In this document: positions 8,390-16,735 of the stretch, in pieces
Position numbering within the stretch: position 1 is the first letter of the stretch
How the letters are laid out: the number at the start of each line of letters is the position of its first letter
Source: a virus
Taxonomy: Duplodnaviria; Caudoviricetes
Length of the DNA: 26,821 nucleotides
Strand: one strand, 5' to 3'
Virus record (IMG/VR): IMGVR_UViG_3300005758_000183
Span: 1-26,821 of that record
The notes under the pieces: generated by a model
What the model was told of the DNA's origin: nothing
The model's input: the letters and a program-made list of their open reading frames with translations, nothing else
The model's database searches: none
Made by a program: the position numbers and the translations under genes

Positions 8390-11300
8390 TTAGGCAGCAC
8401 TTGTTCCGAACATAGAACGCTGTCTGAGGTACCTGCCGTTGCCCTCGTTCACCGAAACGTTCTTACCCTGTAGGCTCAAGTTTGCATCACTGCTATCAAC
8501 TAGAGCTTCCATGTTTTTATTTAGAGCAATAAGTTGTTTAGTTTGCTCGTTGTCTTTCATACTCTTTTCATCTATAGCAGAAGTCTGCGTTCTGGTAAGT
8601 TCACTATTAACTTTGCCCGTTTCTTGTTGCCAATATGCAGGATCAGTTGCCGCAACTCTATCTGTTGGGGCACTTAATACTGCTAGTTTGTTATTTTGAT
8701 CTCTTTGTACGGTTTCTGATAGGCCACTCTTTTTCTTATCATCATCACCAAATATCTTTTTACCCAACCAACTACTCTTCAACCAATCATAAAGTGCTGT
8801 AAATGGCTTTGTAATTATATCCCAGATACCTTTAAGTTTGTCACCTAGCCAGGTCACAGAACCAGACAATCCATCCCAGATTGCAGAGACCCCCGTAGCA
8901 AGCCAACCACCAAGGTTCTTTAATCCTTCCCAAACATACTTGGATACATCTACTATGTCATCCCAGAAAGTGTATAATAAAGTGGCGGCCAGGGTTAACC
9001 AACCCACTGGACCCGATAAAATTTTAAATGCACCTCCCAGTAGTGGTAGTAATTTAGTACCCCAGTTTAATAGAATACCACCAACTGATGCTAACCATGG
9101 GCCCAATCTTGCGAACCATCCTGCAACAGGTCCTAAAACTTTACCTAGATTACCAAAGCTACCTACTGCTGATGTCCAAGCAGACCTAGCCATAGCAATT
9201 AATGCTGGGATTACAGTTTGATATACAGTCACCGCCATAGTGGCAAATGTGGTAACTAAACTCTTACCAGCTGCAAATAATGTTGAACTAGCTGTGATCA
9301 GTCCCTTAACGAAAGAACCTGCTAGTGTTTTAGCAGATGTCCATAAGCCACCAATGAACGCTGTTAGTGCAGGCAATGCACCACCATGTAATGCCATGTA
9401 AGCACTTATTGCCTTACTTGCACCTAAGATCGCAGGGGCTAATTGTAGCATTATACCCGTCAGAGTACCAACTACTGATATAACGTTACCCCATTTTACT
9501 AAGAATTGTCCCAATTTACTATTTGCATCTTCCCTTAGTAGAGCCTCTCCTGCAATCACCATGCCCGTGCCAACTAATGCTGTAGTTACACCTGCAATAG
9601 CTCCTGCAAATTTCTCAACCATAGGTGCTGCTTTTGACATCTTTTCAGCAACGTCTGCTTTAGGACTATAAGTAGCAGCAGTTTCGGCGGCACGTTTTGC
9701 TTGTTCAGCAGTTCTACCTGTTCCATCATTCCTGTATTGCTTATACAATTCCGCTACTCTTGCTTTACGTTCTGTTTCTGCTACTGTACGTGATGTCGCA
9801 AGATCACGTTCCCTGGTGGCCAAGCCAGCAAAGCCTGTTGTCTGCTTGCCTACTCCGGCGGCCGCAGGCGCCGTTCTGCCCGCACCTGTTGCTGTTGAAA
9901 TAAGACCCAGTTTAGTAATAGCGGCTGTCATGACGTCGACTAGCCCTTTGACTGCTTTACCCAACATACCAAAGCCAGAAACTAGCAATGTTCCAACCGT
10001 AACAAGTCCTAGGAAGCCACCAATTAGAGTGCCAGCACCTGTTGCACCCAGTATGCTACCCAACCATTCTAGTGGTTTCAGTGCAAACTTAACAACACTG
10101 GCAAATCCGTTAAGTACCTGGAACATCATGGTCCAGTCTATTCCGTTCAATAGCTGTAGGAACGGAACTGCCAATTGATTTAGGTTTGCACTAAGTTTGT
10201 TTACTTCTGAATTAAATTCTTGAGCCGCTTTTTCTCTTGCACGTTTTTCTTTGTTTGCATCTGAGTTGTAGCCACGTGCTTCTTGAGCCATAGCAAGAAT
10301 ATTTTTTGCGGCTTCGCCTGCTTCACCACCCATTGCGGCCATAGCACGTAGTGAATCACCCTGTGTTCTTTCTGCCTCAAGAGCTGCATCCAACATCTTC
10401 TTTCGATCTTGCTCTGTAGGCATGAAACCTGCTGCCGCACGTTTCATCTGACGCTCTGTTTCACCGTAGAGTGCTGGTGCAAAGCCCGCCATCTGCTGAC
10501 CCATCTTACTAAATGCGAGCGGTAGATTAGAAGCCGCAGCTTGGGCAGCTTCGTTGGCAAACTTTTCACCTGTTTTACCAAACATGGCAGTCATGTTTGC
10601 ACCAACTGCCTGCATAGCCGAGCTGGCTTTATCCGCACCCTTACCTAGTGTTGCTAAGAAGCTACTTACAGTTGGATCTGATACTAGTTTAGCCGCCGCT
10701 TCAGCCATTTCCTGTATAGTTTTACCTGTGCGATCTGCTAGATTATCAAACTCTGTGCCTAATGTTTTTGTTGTTCTTATTACGGAATCTTGTGCTTGCT
10801 TGCCCTTAAGACCCTGTTGTACTGCAATCTTAAGCTGTTGACCTGTGAACTCTGCAAGTTGTTCATTGCTCATTCCCAAATTACCAATACTGGCTGTGGC
10901 TAAACGAACATCATTAACTAGCCTACCAAATGCCTTGCTACCGCCCGTAGCACCATCGCCTAGTTGAGTAAATGTACCACCTGTCGCAGCCAATGCTTTA
11001 TTAAATTCACCTAGCGTGAGACCTGCACCTTTGGCACTGACTGCAAAATCTAACACACCACCTGCGATTCCACGCTGTAGTGCAGGGCGTAGATCGTCTG
11101 CATAATTCATTAGACCAGCAACTACACCGCCCATACCAGCAGCCATTTTTGCCAGAGGTGTATCAAAAGCACGTATAGACGACAGCAAGTGTCCTTTGAA
11201 TAAACCAGTTACTGCGCTGGCGCTTTCCAAACTGTCCTGGAATTTATCGAATTCTTTGTTTGTTTCTCTTTGTTGTTTGCCTTGCTCTTTGTATAACTTG

Positions 11301-11485
11301 TTGCCTTTTTCCAACAATTCAATGCGCTCTTTTTCAGCAGGGTCATTTTTAGTGAACTTCTTGGCAAGTGTTCCGGTCAGCTTGATCAAACGCTCCATTT
11401 GAGCGTGAGTAGTCACACCGTCCAAACTAAATTTGAATATCGATCCGTCTGGGTAATTACCCTGTATTGTTGGTGAGTCAGCCAT
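8390..11485 (-). CDS. Tape-measure-like tail protein
   Basis: 1031 aa, Ala/Gly/Leu-rich and helical-looking, with hydrophobic segments and roughly 11-residue periodic Trp near the C-terminus (FWDD..VWEG..GW..IWDG..TW..IWD). Confidence 0.75.
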   Translation of the reverse strand: MADSPTIQGNYPDGSIFKFSLDGVTTHAQMERLIKLTGTLAKKFTKNDPAEKERIELLEKGNKLYKEQGKQQRETNKEFDKFQDSLESASAVTGLFKGHLLSSIRAFDTPLAKMAAGMGGVVAGLMNYADDLRPALQRGIAGGVLDFAVSAKGAGLTLGEFNKALAATGGTFTQLGDGATGGSKAFGRLVNDVRLATASIGNLGMSNEQLAEFTGQQLKIAVQQGLKGKQAQDSVIRTTKTLGTEFDNLADRTGKTIQEMAEAAAKLVSDPTVSSFLATLGKGADKASSAMQAVGANMTAMFGKTGEKFANEAAQAAASNLPLAFSKMGQQMAGFAPALYGETERQMKRAAAGFMPTEQDRKKMLDAALEAERTQGDSLRAMAAMGGEAGEAAKNILAMAQEARGYNSDANKEKRAREKAAQEFNSEVNKLSANLNQLAVPFLQLLNGIDWTMMFQVLNGFASVVKFALKPLEWLGSILGATGAGTLIGGFLGLVTVGTLLVSGFGMLGKAVKGLVDVMTAAITKLGLISTATGAGRTAPAAAGVGKQTTGFAGLATRERDLATSRTVAETERKARVAELYKQYRNDGTGRTAEQAKRAAETAATYSPKADVAEKMSKAAPMVEKFAGAIAGVTTALVGTGMVIAGEALLREDANSKLGQFLVKWGNVISVVGTLTGIMLQLAPAILGASKAISAYMALHGGALPALTAFIGGLWTSAKTLAGSFVKGLITASSTLFAAGKSLVTTFATMAVTVYQTVIPALIAMARSAWTSAVGSFGNLGKVLGPVAGWFARLGPWLASVGGILLNWGTKLLPLLGGAFKILSGPVGWLTLAATLLYTFWDDIVDVSKYVWEGLKNLGGWLATGVSAIWDGLSGSVTWLGDKLKGIWDIITKPFTALYDWLKSSWLGKKIFGDDDKKKSGLSETVQRDQNNKLAVLSAPTDRVAATDPAYWQQETGKVNSELTRTQTSAIDEKSMKDNEQTKQLIALNKNMEALVDSSDANLSLQGKNVSVNEGNGRYLRQRSMFGTSAA

Positions 11486-11495
11486 TATCTACGCA

Positions 11496-11503
11496 TATAA
11501 ATA
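11496..11503 (+). promoter_or_regulatory. T4-type late promoter TATAAATA for the gp26-like gene
   Basis: Exact consensus about 40 nt upstream of GTG 11545. Confidence 0.75.
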
Positions 11504-11524
11504 AAAGAAACGATTCTTATCGAA

Positions 11525-11532
11525 TATTTAGT
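11525..11532 (-). promoter_or_regulatory. Late promoter variant ACTAAATA for the tape-measure-like gene
   Basis: Shares the 12-mer TAAATATTCGAT (11519-11530) with the late promoter at 2464-2475. Confidence 0.55.
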
Positions 11533-11544
11533 TGGAGAAAACCA

Positions 11545-12387
11545 GTGGAAAATCAACCATCCCATAACCCGTTAAAGCAGTTTTTTAGAAAACCTGGCAT
11601 CTGGATCAAATTACCTAGCCAGGGCAAATACTATGAGGTCAAGCCTGCCGACCTAAATGATATGGGAGAAATCCCCGTCTACCCACTGACAGCAAAAGAT
11701 GAATTGCTGTTAAAAAATGCCGATAGCCTACTAAACGGCAACGCCATTACGCAGTTAGTCAATAGTTGTGCGCCTAGTATTGTAGACCCAGTTAACATGC
11801 CTAGCATTGATCTAGATGCCATATTAGTAGCCGTTAAAAGGTGTACTTACGGAGACAAGATTGATGTTCACACCAAATGTGAATGTGATACAACAAATGA
11901 CGTTTCTGTTGATCTGAACTACTTGATTGGTAACATTACAGTATTGGACGAGATGCCACCAATTGAACATGAAAGTGGTGTTAAAATTTTTACAAGGCCA
12001 ATTACTGTTGACCACTTACTAAAGTTAAACTGGGTTCAGTACGAACAAATCAGAAACTTACAAGTAGCAGAGCAGCAAAATCTATCAGAAAAAGAAAAGA
12101 TGGATTTGTTGTCCAAGAGCTATGACGCACTGACTACAGAAAGTATCAACGTAGTGTCTAGTAGTATTGATACCGTGCTCCTTCCTGATGGTACTGTTGT
12201 TAAAGACAAGGCTATGATTGAAGAATGGGTCAAGGACCTAAGCAAACCCGAGTATTCAAAACTAGAAGGTGCTATTATGAATACAAACACCAAGGGTGTA
12301 AGCAAGGAATTCAGTGTACAATGTCAGAAATGTAGCACTGTTTATAAATCAACTCTAGATCTAAACCCAACGACTTTTTTCGCATGA
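11545..12387 (+). CDS. gp26: Baseplate hub assembly chaperone (gp26-like)
   Basis: Probable start GTG 11545 after GGAG (11534-11537). NPLKQFFR.P.I.IKLPSQG, LTAKDELLL, CEC and CQKC metal sites, C-terminal FF. Confidence 0.8.
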   Translation: MENQPSHNPLKQFFRKPGIWIKLPSQGKYYEVKPADLNDMGEIPVYPLTAKDELLLKNADSLLNGNAITQLVNSCAPSIVDPVNMPSIDLDAILVAVKRCTYGDKIDVHTKCECDTTNDVSVDLNYLIGNITVLDEMPPIEHESGVKIFTRPITVDHLLKLNWVQYEQIRNLQVAEQQNLSEKEKMDLLSKSYDALTTESINVVSSSIDTVLLPDGTVVKDKAMIEEWVKDLSKPEYSKLEGAIMNTNTKGVSKEFSVQCQKCSTVYKSTLDLNPTTFFA

Positions 12388-12416
12388 GGCTTTTGGCTCT
12401 GAAGTCAGGGCCGGAA
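12375..12416 (+). other. Candidate -1 programmed ribosomal frameshift signal
   Basis: In-frame T TTT TTC heptamer (12375-12381) plus hairpin TTTTGGCTCTG-AAGT-CAGGGCCGGAA (12391-12416). Confidence 0.55.
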
Positions 12417-12626
12417 ATCATGAAGCTACTTAGTAGTTTAGATAAAGAGTCAAAAGCCATAATCGAAGATATAGCAACCCTAGCAATATATAGCGGACAG
12501 AGCTATAACGATCTATGGAATCTTAGTGCTGAAGAACGAAAAATATTCGTGAAGGTACTTAAAGACAAAATTAGTTTAGATAGAGGGGTTAAACCCAAAG
12601 AGACATTAACACAAGAACAATTTTAA
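12384..12626 (+). CDS. gp51-like small assembly protein, possibly the -1 frameshift extension of the gp26-like protein
   Basis: SYNDLWNLSAEERKIFV resembles the gp51 / tail-chaperone T-type motif. ATGA overlap and no obvious RBS. Confidence 0.65.
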   Translation: MRLLALKSGPEIMKLLSSLDKESKAIIEDIATLAIYSGQSYNDLWNLSAEERKIFVKVLKDKISLDRGVKPKETLTQEQF

Positions 12627-12685
12627 GTTGTTCAAGAACAACTAGAATTATGTTTTACACGCTTACGCTAATAAAACTTAATTCT
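12626..12685. repeat. Two adjacent AT-rich inverted repeats at the strand convergence
   Basis: AGTTGTTC-AA-GAACAACT (12626-12643). AGAATTA/TAATTCT with GTTTTA/TAAAAC (12644-12685). Confidence 0.7.
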
Positions 12686-12724
12686 TATCTATTCTAATTT
12701 AACTTATCATCAGGTTATTACTAA

Positions 12725-13140
12725 GAGAGATATTTGCCAAGGTTTTGCAGTCGTACTTTGCCCTGTTAAGGGCAAAAGTGAAATAATAAAAACCTGCCGT
12801 AGGCCCATTATCGTAATCTATCGCTGCAACTATTAATAGTAAGGGCGGTTACGCTGTACCCTTTTACGCAGTCCTTATAGCAACGCAGAACTAGGCTCGC
12901 TGATAGATGAACTTGCCTGTCCTTGTGGGATGTAATGACTCAACAGTGCCCACTCTTTTTGTCTGTACATACATTTGCCAGCGTCTTTCAAGACTAACGC
13001 TTCAGCCCAACGTCATTGGGATAGTGGCAATCATGTCTCCGCTACTGCTCGGAATTTCCTACCGTCACACATCAGAACGGATTCGGGCACCTAATCGTCT
13101 TGCCGGTGCGAGCATTATCAGTAGAACTTGGACCTTAGTG
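12725..13140 (-). ncRNA. Putative large structured non-coding RNA of unknown family
   Basis: No credible ORF. About a dozen nested helices found by eye, forming several multi-branch domains (see findings). Immediately follows the GIY-YIG stop codon. Strand and boundaries are inferred. Confidence 0.6.
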
Positions 13141-13145
13141 GAGCC

Positions 13146-13574
13146 TTAAATTTTGTTAATTATGTGGGAGCCGTGAACTCGAACCTGGATGTTGCCGTTG
13201 TAATAATCTGTTGTTTCCAAAACTTTACGTTCAAATTGTTCTTTTGCTTCGAGATATGATGTTAGTGCCTTACTGTTGCAGTAGTGTAGTATTTCACGGA
13301 TAAATTTGTCTGAGCCTAATGATTCGACGTCTTTTAATAGTTCGTCGCTTGAGCCATAGTATGTTTGCCAATCGCTTTCGATTTTGCCTCGAATTTTTTT
13401 CTTCTTTTTGTTGCCGTTTTTGAGTTTTACGGTTTTATAGGTGGTCCTGGAGAATTTTGCCAGTTTTTTGCCAATGTATTTGCGACCCGAGACTGTATTA
13501 GTTATCAAATAAACGAAACCAACACAATCTTCGGGCAGGGTTTCAACTACTTCGCCCTTGTGCAACCATGTCAT
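13146..13574 (-). CDS. Stand-alone GIY-YIG family endonuclease (T4 endonuclease II / Seg-like)
   Basis: GFVYLITN...RKYIG, YYGSS, F.REIL, conserved E (YLE) and YYN. Lys-rich insertion KLKNGNKKKKKIR. Confidence 0.85.
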   Translation of the reverse strand: MTWLHKGEVVETLPEDCVGFVYLITNTVSGRKYIGKKLAKFSRTTYKTVKLKNGNKKKKKIRGKIESDWQTYYGSSDELLKDVESLGSDKFIREILHYCNSKALTSYLEAKEQFERKVLETTDYYNGNIQVRVHGSHIINKI

Positions 13575-13777
13575 TTAGTTGCAAGTGCTGCCTTTTGATC
13601 CGTAATCTCTTTACGGCGTAGTTTAATGCCTTTGCTCATTTCTTGTAGAGCTTTGCGAGCACGACCAGCCGCAGCCTTAACGCCCTTTTCGCTAAATTTA
13701 GCATGTTCTGCTAGATAAGTCTCGTACTGAGCTACGATATATTCGTGTGGGTTTGTGATTTCTGTTTGTTCTGCCAT
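13571..13777 (-). CDS. Small basic Hc1 (histone H1-like) family DNA-binding protein
   Basis: KGVKAAAGRARKAL.E..K....RKEI resembles the Hc1-family G.KAA..RARK motif. AAGGA RBS. Confidence 0.7.
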   Translation of the reverse strand: MAEQTEITNPHEYIVAQYETYLAEHAKFSEKGVKAAAGRARKALQEMSKGIKLRRKEITDQKAALATK

Positions 13778-13788
13778 TTTAGTTTCCT

Positions 13789-15564
13789 TTATGCTTCTAC
13801 CATTTCTACGTCAGTGTTGAACGTTGTAAAGCCGTTCTCTTTAACTACCTGTAGTATGTTATTTACACGGCCCACCAGTTCATCACGGTGTGAAATTAAG
13901 AAAATATTCTTCTTTTGTTCCCGAGCCATTTTCTTTAATAGCCCAAGAGCGTTATCAACGCCGTTTGCGTCCATACCACTATCAATCATTTCGTCAATAA
14001 ACAACAAATTGATTGGTCTATTTAGACTTTCATAGACATCTCTAAATGCCCAGCTCAAGCCTAAAATAAGTCTGTTGCGTTCACCACGACTCAAGTTATC
14101 AAAGTCAAACTCTTGTCCCAGTTGAGTAATATCCACTTCCAAATCACTACGGAATTTTACTTCGTGTGGAAGTGCCAGTTTTTCCAAATAATAAGCAAGC
14201 CTATGATTTAAGTACGTCAAGTTCTGTTCAATAATACGCTTACGAACAAAACTGTCTTTTGCTGTTAGTAGTTTGAGTAGAAACTCTTGATGTTCATTCA
14301 ACTTTGTTAGGGAGTTGATAATGTCAAAGTTGATTTCTTCTAGAGCACTTGTTTTCAAATGCTCTATCTGTTCAACATAAGGATCTTGATCTAGTGCTCT
14401 GCGTTCAAACTGATCTTGCATTGTCTCTAATGTGCTCTTGTGGTTTACAGCGTCGTCTATGTTATTATACTTGACAGCGGGCGCCGTGCCTAGTGCTCCT
14501 AGAGTCTTTATGTCAGCAGTGACTTTTGCAAGTGCAGACTGCTCGTGTTCTAGATCTTCTGCAAGAAGGTTTAGTGCGGCTGTGAATTCCGCCACCATCT
14601 GTTCTTGTTTGTTATCGTGTATTTCTTGACCACAAGCATGGCACTGATGTGCTTCTGTTTTTTCTAGAGCGTCACCAATTTCTTTAATTTGTTTTTCTAG
14701 TCTTTTGATTGCACTCTGATGTGTGGCAAGATCTTTGTTGTGGCGTTTTAATTCTGTTTCATTTTCACGCCACTTAGCAAGTGCCTTGTGGTTAGCAAGT
14801 TCTTTTTCAATATCAATATTGAGCAGCTCGTTTATACTAGCCGCAAGTTTCTCAAGATCTTCTGCCTGCTTGGCCTGCCAAAGACGACTTCTACGTTCGA
14901 GATCTTCAATAGAGCCTTTAATTTTATTGTTTGCATCAGTCACTGCCTTAATTCTAAATTCTTCTTCTTTGATACCGTCCTTGGTACTCTTGATTAGTTC
15001 TTTTAACAGTGTTGCCTTTTCACTTAGCTGTGTAATACCTAGCAGTTGCTCAATAATAACACGCTGGTCGTTGGTTCGAAGACTCAAGAAGGGTTCTGTG
15101 TATGTATTGAGCGCCATGATATGTTTGAACATATCGTGACTCATGCCAATAATTCTTTCGATCTCAACCTGAGTTTCTTTATTTTCTCCCTGTTGCTCTT
15201 CTGTGCTGGAACTTTCCTTAGCCATATCATCAACAATAAAACGTAGCGTATTTGGTTTACGCCCACGTTCAATTCTATAGCTGTGGCCATTGGATTCAAA
15301 ATCAACAGTCACCAACATGCCTTTGCCGTTAGTTTTATTGATTAGGTTATCCTTCTTAATGTTCGTAAGTGCATTGCCATACAGTGCATAGCTCAGTGCA
15401 TTGACAATGGTTGTTTTACCAGTGCCATTGCGACTGCCATCACCGCCCAGATCAAGGTTGTTACCTAACACAAGCGTTAGGCCGTGTTGGTCAAACCTTA
15501 GTGCCTGTGTGACATTACCAACGCTGAGAAAATTTTTAACTGTTAAATTCTTAATTTTAATCAT
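13789..15564 (-). CDS. gp46: Recombination exonuclease ATPase subunit (gp46 / Rad50 / SbcC-like)
   Basis: KNFLSVGN, Walker A NGTGKTT, zinc hook CHAC, signature LSRGE, Walker B LFIDE, H-loop ISH. Confidence 0.96.
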   Translation of the reverse strand: MIKIKNLTVKNFLSVGNVTQALRFDQHGLTLVLGNNLDLGGDGSRNGTGKTTIVNALSYALYGNALTNIKKDNLINKTNGKGMLVTVDFESNGHSYRIERGRKPNTLRFIVDDMAKESSSTEEQQGENKETQVEIERIIGMSHDMFKHIMALNTYTEPFLSLRTNDQRVIIEQLLGITQLSEKATLLKELIKSTKDGIKEEEFRIKAVTDANNKIKGSIEDLERRSRLWQAKQAEDLEKLAASINELLNIDIEKELANHKALAKWRENETELKRHNKDLATHQSAIKRLEKQIKEIGDALEKTEAHQCHACGQEIHDNKQEQMVAEFTAALNLLAEDLEHEQSALAKVTADIKTLGALGTAPAVKYNNIDDAVNHKSTLETMQDQFERRALDQDPYVEQIEHLKTSALEEINFDIINSLTKLNEHQEFLLKLLTAKDSFVRKRIIEQNLTYLNHRLAYYLEKLALPHEVKFRSDLEVDITQLGQEFDFDNLSRGERNRLILGLSWAFRDVYESLNRPINLLFIDEMIDSGMDANGVDNALGLLKKMAREQKKNIFLISHRDELVGRVNNILQVVKENGFTTFNTDVEMVEA

Positions 15565-15572
15565 CAGATATA

Positions 15573-16592
15573 TTATATAGTTAGGCTGTTGTAAATGTCA
15601 ATAAGCACTTGCCTATCTACTACATCACTTTCAATTGCCGCTAATTGTGTTAAAACGATTTGGTCTACACTTTCAAAGTGAACGTCTCCGCTCCAGTCTT
15701 GTGTATGCTCTTCTCGTTTAGCGGGAATCAGTGTAATCTCACGCAGTTTATATTCTTCGAGCCAATTCTCTTTTAGGAACGTGGCCTCTTCAAAACTTAC
15801 GTCTGCATCACAAGTAATACGGATAAAGGTATTTTTGTCCATATACTTTGCAGGGTCTTCAATTAGTCTTGTGAGGTCTATAGTTCTGAATTTGGGAGCA
15901 TCCGGCCAGGCGATATATTCTGGCTCACTGCCCCATTCCAAAATCATCATGCCTCTATTGTCATCCCAGGCATCTGCATAATTGTGAGGAAAAGCATTAC
16001 CAGTATAAGTCACGTTGCCACTGTGCTGACGCATGTGGAAGTGACCACTAAACACTCGTTCCTGATTGGGGAAATGACCTTTGTTGAGCCCGCCATGGTC
16101 TGGCATTTCAACCATAGCGTTCATCTTAAAGTTGGGTAATTCAAAGTGACCAAATACATAACGACTATCTAACTTTTTCATAGCCTGCCACTCGTCACCA
16201 ACCAACCAGGGTACTAGACTTACGTCGCCTTCAGTGTAAACATCATTTACTAAAATAATATTTTTCTGATTTCGAATGAACGGGACACTGTTTAGGTCTC
16301 GCTTTTCCCTGTAGTACAAGTCGTGATTACCAGGGATGAAGAAGAACCGTTCAAAGTTTTTACTGATATGATCAATAGACTCTACAGTGTAGTTAAGTGT
16401 ACTGACGTTGACGGTGGCACGATGGTGGTGCCAGTCTCCCATAAAGATCGCAGTATCACAGCCACGTTCTCGTGCCGTCTTACAGAACCATTTTACAAAA
16501 TTTTCACAATCTTCATTATGGTGTTTGCTATTTTGTCGCATACCAAAATGAATGTCTGTGAATACAGCGGCTTTTTTAAACATTTGCGTCAT
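15573..16592 (-). CDS. gp47: Recombination exonuclease nuclease subunit (gp47 / Mre11 / SbcD-like)
   Basis: Metallophosphoesterase motifs TDIHFG, GDWHH, GNHD, GHFE, SGHFH. Confidence 0.95.
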   Translation of the reverse strand: MTQMFKKAAVFTDIHFGMRQNSKHHNEDCENFVKWFCKTARERGCDTAIFMGDWHHHRATVNVSTLNYTVESIDHISKNFERFFFIPGNHDLYYREKRDLNSVPFIRNQKNIILVNDVYTEGDVSLVPWLVGDEWQAMKKLDSRYVFGHFELPNFKMNAMVEMPDHGGLNKGHFPNQERVFSGHFHMRQHSGNVTYTGNAFPHNYADAWDDNRGMMILEWGSEPEYIAWPDAPKFRTIDLTRLIEDPAKYMDKNTFIRITCDADVSFEEATFLKENWLEEYKLREITLIPAKREEHTQDWSGDVHFESVDQIVLTQLAAIESDVVDRQVLIDIYNSLTI

Positions 16593-16734
16593 TTTTTGGT
16601 AGTTCCTTTTTTAGGATAGCGTTAAGACGATCTGCACAATTTCTAATGTCAGCAGAAAGTTGACCCTCGCCAACTTGTTGCTCGATTAGCCTTGCAATCT
16701 CATGTAGCTTAATTACTGCTTGATCTAAATACAT
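16576..16734 (-). CDS. Small helical hypothetical protein (52 aa)
   Basis: Likely start ATG 16734 (MYLDQAVIKLHEIAR), right after the gp55 stop. Fills the gap between gp55 and gp47. Confidence 0.6.
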   Translation of the reverse strand: MYLDQAVIKLHEIARLIEQQVGEGQLSADIRNCADRLNAILKKELPKNDANV

Positions 16735-16735
16735 A

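Noticed and set aside
3469-11402. Many plus-strand ORFs of 60-130 aa opposite the head and tape-measure genes (likewise opposite gp46, gp47, hub and gp5)
   Set aside because: Antisense shadows caused by codon bias; Ser-rich, with no RBS or motifs.
11467-11544. Track N-terminal extensions (also 17628-17687, 16735-16782, 24532-24591, 24986-25276, 6330-6350)
   Set aside because: They overlap promoters or neighbouring genes; downstream starts have better RBS, coupling or promoter support.
13035-13065. GTAGGAAATTCCGAGC resembling the RNase P RNA GAGGAAAGUCC motif or a group I P element
   Set aside because: I could not find the matching 3' RNase P element (ACAGAA..CGGCUUA) or group I R/S sequences, and the element does not interrupt a gene. 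A cmscan would settle it.
12907-13149. 80-aa plus-strand ORF in the intergenic region
   Set aside because: No RBS, atypical composition, antisense to the operon, and it overlaps a region better explained by RNA structure.
13146-13574. Recently inserted mobile homing endonuclease or intron ORF
   Set aside because: No host gene is interrupted, there is no C-terminal DNA-binding domain, and it is translationally coupled into the operon. A resident function is more likely, though mobility is not excluded.
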